A stretch of DNA of 62,971 bases, filler included, from Phoronis australis (taxonomy: Eukaryota > Animalia > Phoronida), in the NCBI GenBank assembly GCA_002633005.1. It is 9 parts of 9 records of this genome, joined end to end, with 100 filler letters (N's around TTAATTAATTAA, not from the genome) between each part and the next. Parts side by side here need not be neighbours in the genome. Positions count along the whole stretch, not along the records: positions 35,622 to 54,979 come from NMRA01001445.1; positions 55,080 to 60,857 come from NMRA01001665.1; positions 60,958 to 62,971 come from NMRA01003891.1; 6 more parts are not named here. One strand, written 5' to 3'. Shown here piece by piece: positions 52,001-62,971 of this stretch. The notes below the pieces were generated by a model, which saw only the letters and a list, made by a program, of their open reading frames with translations, made no database searches and had not been told where the DNA came from. The position numbers were made by a program, and so were the translations under genes. The first letter of the stretch is position 1. Every line of letters starts with the position of its first letter.

Positions 52001-52435
52001 CTGGTTAGCGAGAATGCCTGCCTCGGGTCTTAACTTTCACGGAGTTAGCAGATCATGATACGGTGAATTGATTGGAATGAAATTTGGTGAACAGTTGCAA
52101 GAGATATAAAAAAAGAAAACATATTACATTTCATAAGAATCAATGCCTTACCTTTCAAAATACAAGCTGTCAAACAGGAGTGAAAAATTCCCCCAACTTC
52201 TCACCAGTCACATGCTTTAACAAGAATGAAAACACAACAAAGAAAATGACGTATGCCTAGAAGAATTTACTGTTTACGTCATCAATAATGTGGTTCCGTT
52301 TTCTTGGTTTCTAGAGGAGAGAGAGTGGAAATACTATAGCCACCGTGAAACAATGGCTGTCTAATCGATAATCGCCATTACGCAACATCTGGGAAAAGCC
52401 AATCAGCGTTGAGATAAGACTTTGTCACGTCCCTA

Positions 52436-52965
52436 CTCCCATTATCAAAGTTTTTCTTCGAGCAGTCCCTATTTCAGTTCCCAAAATCGTGAACTCACCA
52501 TTTTTATACTGCGCACGCTCCAATTTTTACCGCGCTCGCTAGGTGATGTGAACTCATGACCTAAATCTTTAAATAGGCCAAAGGTGAGCCATTGCGGTCT
52601 TGTCAGTCAAATGTTCTTTTCCAAAATGCCACCACTTATACTTGTCTTTAATTGGCGTTACTTGAAACTGATTGTATTTCAATGAATCATTGTTTGTATT
52701 TGATAAAAATAAATGCTGTTGATATGACATTTAATAGTCTTTGTGCACATATTTGAGATTTTAATGTTTAACAACACGGCAAATGCACGGCTGGTTCCCG
52801 GCAGCACGTATGCGAAGGGCGGGAACTTCAGCTTTCAAAGTTCGCCGATAGGTCCGCAACTTCTGACCTTCGGCCTGGTAAAAAAAAATGAAAAAGTTGA
52901 TTTCACGATTTTGGGAACTGAAATAGGGACTGATCGAAGAAAAAGTTTCATAACGCCAACGGGAG
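52436..52965. mobile_element. TA-flanked MITE with about 55-bp TIR, between KRI1 and AK3
   Basis: TA|CTCCC...GGGAG|TA; 52442-52493 pairs with 52902-52953 with about 3 mismatches. Confidence 0.82.
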
Positions 52966-53435
52966 TATTTGTTCGAGTTGGAAGGACTTAAACACATCGA
53001 CAACCTCCTAAGGTGTTCCTCTATGCGCAAAAGGTATTTATAACAACGTGACTTTGATGGTTTAGTCGGTGCAAGGCATAACTCGCCGAAAAGCTTCCGG
53101 CGTACAGAGCGCCTATAGCCTCTACATCGCCTCTGGTTCGGGCCAACAGAGGCGATGGTCATTGCCTAGCTGGTTCGATCCCCGGGTCGGGTAATCTCGG
53201 CTATTACTACACCTCGGACACCGAGATAGTTAAGTAATACTTTTTCCCAAACTAATACACTATACCGACTCGATTCAATTACATGTTGATATTCATTAGA
53301 GAACCTAACCTTGTTTATTCTCACTCAAACAGCCCACTCTTCCACATGTTTCAATTTACTTCCTTTGCGCACGTGCAAACAACTTCCTCTGCCCTTGACC
53401 TTTCTTGGGAAGCGGTGTCTGGAGAAGTTTTGTAA

Positions 53436-53651
<216 letters not shown>

Positions 53652-54127
53652 TAGCTAGCTGCATGTGTATGTACACTATGAATGAACATCAAGACACAAA
53701 CAGCAGTCGATATAGCAGTTTAAGCGAGGCCCATTTTTCCAGTTCCTCACAATTATGATTCTGGTCCTCTCACTATGATTTTTGTTTGGTAAAATCATTG
53801 AATTGACACATCTCATAATTTCGACTTTCAGTCATTGAGTCATATAAAAAATCATTTCAGTTGAAGGGTCTATACGCTGACCCCTATCAAAATTCTATAC
53901 AGTATATCTGGCTATAAGACTTGTGTCACAACAATTAATTTTTGATTTAGACCACTAACGATTATGAAATTGGTTACAATTTGTTCGTCAGTCAAAATAG
54001 GTCTTAGTTTTGGAGAGAACTAACTGTCCATTGTCATTTAAGACGAGGCTCTAAAACTTAACATGTCAGAGTGTGCAAATTTTATTCGGCAAGCAGGGTC
54101 AGGTCTTCACAAGATAAAAATAATTCA

Positions 54128-54186
54128 TACCATATTCGCCCTTATAAGCACCAAGGGCGGTTAGAAAAATTAGGGCGAATACGGTA
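54128..54186. mobile_element. 59-bp micro-MITE of the TA-CCGTA family
   Basis: TACCATATTCGCCCT ... AGGGCGAATACGGTA. Confidence 0.6.
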
Positions 54187-55114
54187 GTTCTGATCTGAGT
54201 AAGGCATTAGTCAAAATTAAGTTTCTTCATCAGAACGCTGGTTTATTGCTGCTTTAAAGCAAAAGATAAAACAATTGAACGAGCAGTGCAAAGTTTAATG
54301 AAGCTAAACGTTCTGAGCAATGAACTTTTTTGTCATCATCAATAGATAAAATTGCTAAACCTGTGCTTTGTACAATCCGAGTATTTAATGAATTGGTCGC
54401 GGTGAAATCGCCAATTTCTGACATAAGCAAGTGTCCAAGGGTTTGGTACATTGTTGTACATACCACTGTGTGATAGGTGGTGTGATGGTAGCTGCATGGT
54501 ACAAAATGGTAATTCATTAAGGTGGTGCTTTTTATTGGTGATGTTTATTGTGTATGAAAAATGAGAAAAGGAGGTTCTGCTGGCATCCCATGCTGTGTCC
54601 AATAATACGGTACTTGTCTACTTATTTCCCTCAAAATAATTACCATAATTGACGTTTTTCAAAAACTGACTACCTTGCAGGCCTTCATGCAGCGTACGTC
54701 CTGGGCGTCCAAATGGACGCCCCAGCACTAATGGACGCCCTGGCAAGGACGCCCAATGTATCATTTGGACGCCCACTGTCAATAGGAACCTTTCAAGTTT
54801 GGACATACACATTGTAATGATTACTAGGAAGCCTCTGAAGGCTCACAGTGGGGGCTCTTTTTTCAAAGCAGGAAGAAATATACAATGTATATACAAAGTA
54901 TAAACAATGTTGCTATGCTCACACTTGGTTGATAGCATTGTAAAAGTCTTGGTCTACACCAATGTTTTATTAAAAATGCNNNNNNNNNNNNNNNNNNNNN
55001 NNNNNNNNNNNNNNNNNNNNNNNTTAATTAATTAANNNNNNNNNNNNNNNNNNNNNNNNNNNNNNNNNNNNNNNNNNNNTTTGGACACCCTATTTTCGAA
55101 ATCCTGGATAAAGA

Positions 55115-55451
55115 CCTGCCACTAAGTGGCGCAAACTACGTCAAATCCATCCGAAAACGGGAGAATAGCGTCATCTCCCTAATAGGTGCCTATATACCAA
55201 ATTTTATGAAAATCCGTTTAGGACTTTTGAAGATACAGAGGTAAACGTAAAAAAATAAACTTGCCACTAGGGGGCACACCGGTAGAAGGATCCGTCCGAA
55301 AGTTCGCTCATGCCGTCCCATCCACAAAAGGAACATGTGCAAAATTTCATGAATATACGTTAAGGCATTTTGGAGATAGAGCAACGGACGCCGGACAGAC
55401 GGAGATGACGGCATAACGCTTCCACATATAAATATGTGGGCGCATAAAAAT
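55115..55451. mobile_element. HINE-like (Helentron-associated) element; related copies at about 37125-37345 and 46635-46762
   Basis: Copies share AAAATTTCATGAA...TTTTGGAGAYAGAGCARCGGA...GATGACGGCATA. This copy ends in the hairpin CCACATAT...ATATGTGG followed by CATAAAAA. Confidence 0.6.
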
Positions 55452-55846
55452 GTGTTCAACAACAGAGACAAATGACTGTAAGGTAGCTAGGTTATCACAT
55501 CAATCAACACTATTGCAAGGTTACACACTGGCATATGACACACCTTAACTGGTTGAACGTCGGGCCTGAGTCTGGTCAGAATGCCTTCACCCACAACCAC
55601 GATGTCTGGTACTTTGGTTGACTGCTGATCTGAGGAGGTCCACTTGGACACATTGCTATCTAACAAGTCTTGGGATGATGAAGTGGCAGTCATGTCTACA
55701 GGGTGACATTTAATAAACAAGTAAACAACACGAAGAAATTATTATGAAACTGTAATTTTAGACCTGCCTTTTGACAAAAAATTATCTCAAAGACAGTGTT
55801 CCTAAAACAGGTTCGAAGTCATTTCTGAGCTTACCCCCCATAATGT

Positions 55847-55941
55847 ATTAGCACAGTAGCCCTATGGACCAGCTATGCCCATATCGCATTAGCACAGTAG
55901 CCCTATGGACCAGCTATGCCCATATCGCATTAGCACAGTAG
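55847..55941. repeat. 41-bp tandem duplication (2.3 copies)
   Basis: ATTAGCACAGTAGCCCTATGGACCAGCTATGCCCATATCGC at 55847 and 55888, with a partial copy at 55929. Confidence 0.92.
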
Positions 55942-57618
55942 TTCTATAGATTAGCTTGTCACAACTTCCATGTTTTAAATAACAATTGCAACGCTGGAGC
56001 ATCGCAAGCAATAGGATTCTAGGAGCCACTAAGAGGGGCTGCAGTAGTCGAATCGACCCAAAAACAGAATGGTGGTGGCACATTGTTGTTAAGTACCTCT
56101 AAGCCAAGTTTTATTGATTCTCTAAATATCATCTGGAAAGTCATTCTTCCGCTAAACAACTCGAAAACCCTTTGTTGAGAACAAAATGATGCCAGCACGT
56201 GACCATCATATATCACTGAGTATAGTCTAGTTGCCACCCAATAGCCCCCAATGAACCCTGCAATGTTAAATACTATAAATTTGTTGTTGAAATACATTAA
56301 ATATGATCAGGAGAACAAACTTAGCTTGTTTGCAAACATTCAGTATCTTTTGCACTTCAAGATGGCAGAAACCACCACCTTGAATTCCAGCCCATTTTAA
56401 AATTTTTACAGATATGACATACAAGGTCATGCAATACATCATTTGTACCATACTTTATGATGTCGAGTCCATTTTTGACATTAATTTATTGATACGGGGT
56501 CAATCTCAAGATCAAATCAGAGGTCAAACAAGAATATAGCAGAATTTGATATGATATTGCACAAACATTTCATCTGCCAAGAGAGGTGGATTTTCCCGAC
56601 TTAATACAATTTTGACCACTGATCTCTCAACTGACCTTGAGTTTGACCCCGTATCCATAAAATAATACCAGAAATGAGCCCTTTGTCCCAGAAAACACTA
56701 GGAACGGTGTATTGCAACACCTTGTATGCCAACAACTTCAGAAGATCAAAACTGGACAAAATTCAAGATGGTGGTAAATACTCCATATTGAATTATAAAA
56801 AATGCCCAATGTTGTGCTAAGTGCAACCAAGTTAATGTTGTGCTCTTAACCACATATAATAAATTTTCAAAAGAAAACTTTACAGTAAACAACATTGCAG
56901 GGTCAGCTTTTTGGCAACTACACTACAATGTAAAGTTTCATTGAACAACATCAATTGGTTCAAATCCACCCAAAAATGTAATAGCACTGGCGCATTGCCA
57001 TTACATATCTCTCTGAGTGGAGTTTCATTAACATCATTCTGTCAATCAGATCTCTAAATATCATCTCGAAACACTCTTCCCCAAAATGGCCATTAGGAAG
57101 CACTACAGCAGTCAAATCGGCCCGAAAATCAAATGGTGCTGGAGCATTGTTATTATGTATCAGTCCACGGATCCACCGACCACTGTACAGCCAACAAGCG
57201 GCAAGGTGGGGGGTCAGCCATTCAGATCCATGTTTAGCCTGATAAATCACATTAGAGATGAGAGAAATTGGGTGAAGTATGACGCCACAAAGTTTGGTGG
57301 TATAGGAGATACAAGGGAAGTGTTCTTGGGGGCAAAATGGGGCAATTTCTTGGTGTGGAACGAGTCATTTTTGACCAAATTTTCTACTCCAGTTTCTGCT
57401 TCAAACAGAATCGTTTCTGAACAATTTTGATATCACATGATAGGTTCATGACCAATGTCAGTAAAAACGGCACCGTCACTGCAATATCGGTTACCATGGT
57501 AACACTGGAACTGTTTCCGTGGAGGTACGTTTCCGTCTTGTGAAAAAGCAGCAGTAAGCTGTACCCTTATAGCGAAGCTGCCCCCGCGAGAAAACCAAAA
57601 ATAATAACATGGACATGT

Positions 57619-58348
57619 AGAAGACTCCATGCCCTTGAAATTAATACAATAAAAACTTTGTCAGCCCTTCAGGCAGTCTTGGAAACAGGTGTCTGAATTT
57701 CACTATTTTCAGACCGCGTATGTCATATTTGTCGTGTTAAACCAGTCACTAGTTGTGCGCCGTTTCTACGCATTAATATGCCATGGTATAATACAACAAT
57801 TAAAACAATTGGTTTGCTTAAATGTTTTTAATTAATTTTAAGGACACTAGCATTTCCCAATAAAGTATAAATTATTCTAAATTTGTTCATCCAATTCGTC
57901 TGAATACCAAACTAAAGCTTACAATGCGTTAGTTGAATGATGGCTGACCTAAAGTTTGGGTTTGCGAATTTATCTATTTATCTGGCACTGCCAGTCGCAT
58001 CAAATGTGGTATTTCTACAAATTGCGGAGAGAANAGAAGACTCCATGCCCTTGAAATTAATACAATAAAAACTTTGTCAGCCCTTCAGGCAGTCTTGGTA
58101 ATAGGTGTCTAAATTTCACTATTTTCAGACCGCGTATGTGTATTTGTCATGTTAAACCAGTCACTAGTTGCGCGCCGTTTCTACGCATTAATATGCCGTG
58201 GTATAATACAACAATCAAAACAATTGGTTTGCTTAAATGTTTTTAATTAATTTTATGGACACTAGCATTTCCCAATAAAATATAAATTATACTAAATTTG
58301 TTCATCCAATTCGTCTGAATACCAAACTAAAGCTTAAAATGCGTTAGT
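57619..58348. repeat. About 314-bp direct duplication (57619-57933 and 58035-58348)
   Basis: Near-identical copies with scattered substitutions. The second starts right after a single N at 58034. Confidence 0.9.
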
Positions 58349-60957
58349 GTCTCAGTGTCTGCCTCGGAGGCACTGTGTGCAGCAGGAGCTACATAATCTA
58401 CCGTATTAGATTCACTTGCCCGAATCATCGTTACAACACTCGAGATATGTTGGCGTCGCTAAAGACACTTAGAACATCCACTGCACACTAGAGGAGAAAT
58501 CTGATAGAGGTCTGAAAAATTACCAAAGACGTTTAAAGTCAAGGATGAACGTCCTGCTTCGTGTGAGCTCAGGTAGGAATCACTAAACTCCAGGGTCGGA
58601 CCCTGAGGAATATTTTTAGAAGCCCGTCATTCATGCAAAAATACTTTTATTGACACACCGTGATTGCTTATAACTTGGGCCTTAATCATATCTTATCCAA
58701 ATGTGTTGATGTTTATCCAACTACATGTATACATTGGCATAGAAAATAAGGTTGTCATCATAACTTTTCATAACAACCACCAAATGTGTAACATGACTTC
58801 TGCCCATGAAGTACTTTTAGAGACTAGGGAGTATGTTTTGTCTACTAATGATTTTCTGTGATTATGAAGTTAATTAAACATGCTAAAGCCGTCAAAAATA
58901 TTGGTGCCTTCACTTTAGCTTGGTATTCATATTTTGTGAGCCGAAATGGCCACATTAAATTTAATATGTTTAATTTTTCATTAATACAATTTTAGGAATC
59001 AGGAAAGGCTTATGCTGAAGAAGTGGCTTCTGCTGAAGTTGGAGTCTTGCCGATTATTAGTAAAGGTTGGGTATGAAAAGTTCACAACCAGCAAGAAGGT
59101 ACCCTTCTGGACAACTAAGTGAGGGGGCTAGAGAGAGGCCGAAAAGTCTACTCCCAGAAGATATGTCAAAGAGAATTTGTAGCTTGAGGAACGAGTTGGG
59201 GAAAAGTATTTGTCAAAGATTACTGGCTTATACCACAACAGGTCTAAAGTAATTTGTTGAGATATGCCACTTTCAGCAAATGTGGGGAAACTGGGACAGA
59301 GAAAGTGGAGTATGCATAGAAAGAGGCAATCTGCGATTGTCAAGGATGTAGCATTGTTAAACTTCAAAGGGAGGAAACAGTACAGTTGCTGGACCTGTAA
59401 ATACTCTGGCTTATCTGCTAAATCCAGTGGGGGCATTATTGTATCAGCACAGCTGTGTAGGGAAGTACATGTAGGCTTGTGTGTTGTCGCAAGCTTTGTT
59501 TGCACCAGAACTGCTTGTGTGAACAGCACAAATCTAAAATTTACCTAGTCTAAGACTGGATTTTTGTCCAGGCACGGATTATGATCATGGGCCACATGGT
59601 AATGGTACATTGTTCATTTTGTTTAGCCACTGGATTTTTTGGTCTGACAGGATTTCTCAGTGTCGCCATCACATACTATGTACTATTCCTTTTCCTTGAA
59701 GATGCGTAATTGATCTGAATTTCTGTTTCCGCATTTTATTTACCATTATCGATTTTTGTTTGTAAATGGGTATATATTACTGAAATTTGAGACCCTGTTG
59801 CAGTTAGGCTGGTTTTGTTAACTTATCTTTCTGCCTGGGTTGTAAACCCATATTCTGTCCAGGAGATAATAAATTTTGATTTAGACCATTTACCTCTATA
59901 AACTTTGCTCAGTTTGTTCCTTTCACAGTGAGACTACATCACCTTAAATGTAATTCCCTGACATAATGAGCTTTGTGTGGTTGACTCTGTCCTGTAGCAA
60001 TTAGAGTGTTGAAAAGATCTAGAAGGCAATTTTTTATTAGAGTCATAACATTTGCACTTTTGACTGTACAGTTATCTTTGCATTGTATTACGAAAACATA
60101 TTTTGTGGTACACAAGTCTCTGGTTGGTGTTTTATATTTTTTAACGAGGAATATTTTCAATTTAGATGAGTTGTCTGTGAGGTAGGCAATTTTCAAATAA
60201 GATAATGAATAAAATTGTCAAACATTGTTTTATTTTAGATGTGTGATCTTCCAATAAGTGATTACTTTTAAAAAAACCCGTGCAGAATTTGATTTTTACT
60301 CTTCATTTGAATGAGAATAAACCTAGTGCATTGTCTAAAAATTTTACTCAAACTACATATTACAGGGTTGGGGATTGGAATCTTAATACAACAGAGTCTG
60401 AGCCCGTACCATGAGCAATACAACACAATACAATACACGGATATAAAAATTCGGTGTTTAAGTTCCACGGAAAGGATTCGTGTGCGCGGTAATTGTTACT
60501 AAGGTGCGTGGTCATTGTTTGAGGATACTTTGGGATTCCTCTAATCTGTGGTTATCCACGGGAAACCTGGTCGCATAGAGAACAATAGATTAGCATCTTC
60601 ATTGTTTCCGTTGTTATGATAAAGATATAATGACGAGCACTTATCGGCAACGGTCTGATGTACGCAAGGTTCTATATCCATGCGACCTGTGTTGTTACAT
60701 CCAACAATGACACAACAAAGGAAAACAATGATAGGACCGATGGGCGAAAAACATGCGACGAGTTGCCATGGACAGTGGTGGAGTTTGTCTTGTCATTCGA
60801 ATGTTTTTACAGAACTGCAAACCCGGTATTTCGTCAGGAAAATTTCTGCGGTCTTTTNNNNNNNNNNNNNNNNNNNNNNNNNNNNNNNNNNNNNNNNNNN
60901 NTTAATTAATTAANNNNNNNNNNNNNNNNNNNNNNNNNNNNNNNNNNNNNNNNNNNN

Positions 60958-61231
60958 CATGGGAGCAGCCATATTGAAGTAACTAAGCACAACAATACAA
61001 TCTGGCTCTCTGATTGGTCAATTCAATAGAAAAAGCGCCATCAAGTGGCAAGAATGTGCATCATATTTTGTGCAACAAAAACACCTTTTTTAAAAAAAAT
61101 GTGAAAGTGTAGACGTGGGAACTTTTTGGAATTTGATTTATGGGTATATTATCTAGCCACATAAAAAAAACTAGGTTGCCCCCCCAAAGTACTCACAAGG
61201 GTGAACGCTATGAGATCTGGCCCACCGACTA
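60958..61231. mobile_element. Right terminus of the TAG...CTA TIR family, adjoining a gap
   Basis: Ends TGGCCCACCGACTA; 61160-61231 is an inverted copy of 3252-3323. Confidence 0.55.
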
Positions 61232-62971
61232 TTACGCTCGTACTTTGTGCATGTTATGAAGTGTTCAGGTGCAAGTATACATGCACATGTATAAGGACAA
61301 AAGATTGAGAAATATCAAAGAGTGACTGGAATTCTTTCACCTGCTGCCCAAGCCATCCCAGGCATTTGGAAGTGGTCTGTTTTAGTACATATTTGGTTTC
61401 CAAATATAGCATCCTGTCTGACAATGCTTTTATTTTATGTGTTCACATCACTATGCTTTTTTAATATTTAGGCCGGTCAAGTTTTATTCTCTAACACATG
61501 ACTTTGCAAACAACAAATGTTCAAAACAGGTTCCGGGGGTTAATGTAGTAGAATGTATAAATATTGGTGGTATATCATTCACATTCTTTATTCAAGGCGG
61601 TTGAATAACAAACAATTTGCATCACAAAAACAACATCAAATGCGTATTAGTTTAATGGCCGGTGGTCTCGTGGACTGGTACTTAAATCTAACGACTACTT
61701 GCTAAAATTACGAGCAGGAAATTACGAGCGAAAATACGTGCGTAGACATACATCAACCAGACGGTGAGTGATAAAGCGCGTGCTACTGAATGATACCTGC
61801 GTGTTCTCTACCACCTAGCGGACTCATGAAGTACAGGTCCAACCTAGGATACTTGGACATACGAATGTATAATGTTTTCGTTTGATACGAGAGTAACTCA
61901 TGGATTGCTGTAAATACACGTGAGTCAATCATAAATACTGGTGTTAGCTAATGTACCAGTGTGTGCTTAGAATGCGATTAAATTGTGTGTCGCCCGGTCT
62001 TAATGTAATGATGGTATCCAGGCACATTTAAAACAGCATCAGAGCAATGACACCGCTTAAGGATTTGTCAGTTCTTATTTACAAAAATGTCCATTTTGCA
62101 ATGTTTCACGCATGTCTAGCAAAATATCCCCAGTTAACTTTAAATACGAAGTATACAATGTGTAACGAAAAGAACCAAACACAATTTACACAACTTTGTT
62201 CAACTGCATAGAGATGTGTTTACTACAAAGCAAGGTTCAAGGTTACAGAGCTGTCACTCAAATCGAATCTCCAACCAGTGTGGCGTGTTACAGACGCCAA
62301 TACAACGCACATTGTGAGCTGTGGTGCTCTTATTTTAGACCAAACGTGTCTACTGCTTTAACTTTCAAAAGTATTTCGCATTGTAGAATCAAATAACCTA
62401 AGCATTCACCAAAATGCATTGACAGTCGGTAAACAAGGCCCCGAGTCAACGGACGGATGCAGACAATTTTGAAAAAAAATCCTCACCCAAATATATTCAT
62501 TTCATGACATTTTCCGTTTTGAGCTTTCGATGTCGCAGATACTCGATTTCCGTTCTCAAGGTCCATAGTTGTTTTTTGAGTTTCGTTCTCTTGCGTGTTT
62601 CATACGAAGTGGCTCGCAATGCTCAGCTGACCTATAAAACGACAACTCCTCCCCGTGACCTATACGTTAGGTAACGCGAACTCAATGGACTCCTACGGCA
62701 ACGATGACTTAAATAACGAAGTTAGCGAATGAGTAACTTGTGCTGAACAATAACTTAATTTAACGAAGGCACAGAATGAAAACCTTGCGAGTTTCAAGGG
62801 TTGTCACGTTAGCCGTTTTTTTTTTGGTTCCTGTCGAACGACTTTGTTTGAACGCAGCAACATGAATTCTTGAAAACTGCCCGATCCATTTACAATTGCG
62901 ATTGACATGTGCTTATTTTAGTCGGTGGGCCACGAGATTTTGTAGGGCCTCTAGAAAATGTTTTTTGTGAG

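Noticed and set aside
52761-53162. 133-aa minus ORF as KRI1 exon 1
   Set aside because: It shows no KRI1 similarity and overlaps a MITE TIR.
58996-59066. Possible AK3 exon 2 (ESGKAYAEEVASAEVGVLPIISK)
   Set aside because: The phase is incompatible with the phase-1 donor (that frame hits a stop), and there is no G.LVPD adenylate kinase motif.

Overview
This is AT-rich, intron-rich, repeat-dense eukaryotic DNA, most likely from an invertebrate draft assembly. Eight 100-bp N44-TTAATTAATTAA-N44 assembly spacers break it into contigs, so order across gaps is uncertain. Host genes read from splice-bounded exons: (1) two exons of a heterotrimeric G-alpha subunit resembling the rare Gv class (982-1972, +); (2) one IFI6/IFI27 (ISG12)-family exon (5019-5156, +); (3) ten in-frame exons of the 40S biogenesis factor KRI1 (36588-46490, -), needing two GC-AG introns; (4) the first coding exon of AK3-type adenylate kinase (53472-53616, +), head-to-head with KRI1; (5) a few orphan candidate exons (PH-domain-like start, coiled-coil). 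The rest is transposon debris. This includes an internally deleted Kolobok element (THAP-transposase plus a convergent KolX/P2X7-ballast-like remnant), a second decayed THAP/Kolobok end, a spliced THAP12-like pseudogene, Gypsy integrase and Academ-like remnants, Sola1-, Tc/mariner- and hAT-like MITEs, Helentron-associated elements and several minisatellites. Family calls come from recalled motifs, not database searches. I found no clear evidence for a wholly new system. The best leads are the Kolobok/KolX locus, the Gv-like gene, the invertebrate-type ISG12 exon and the GC-AG introns.
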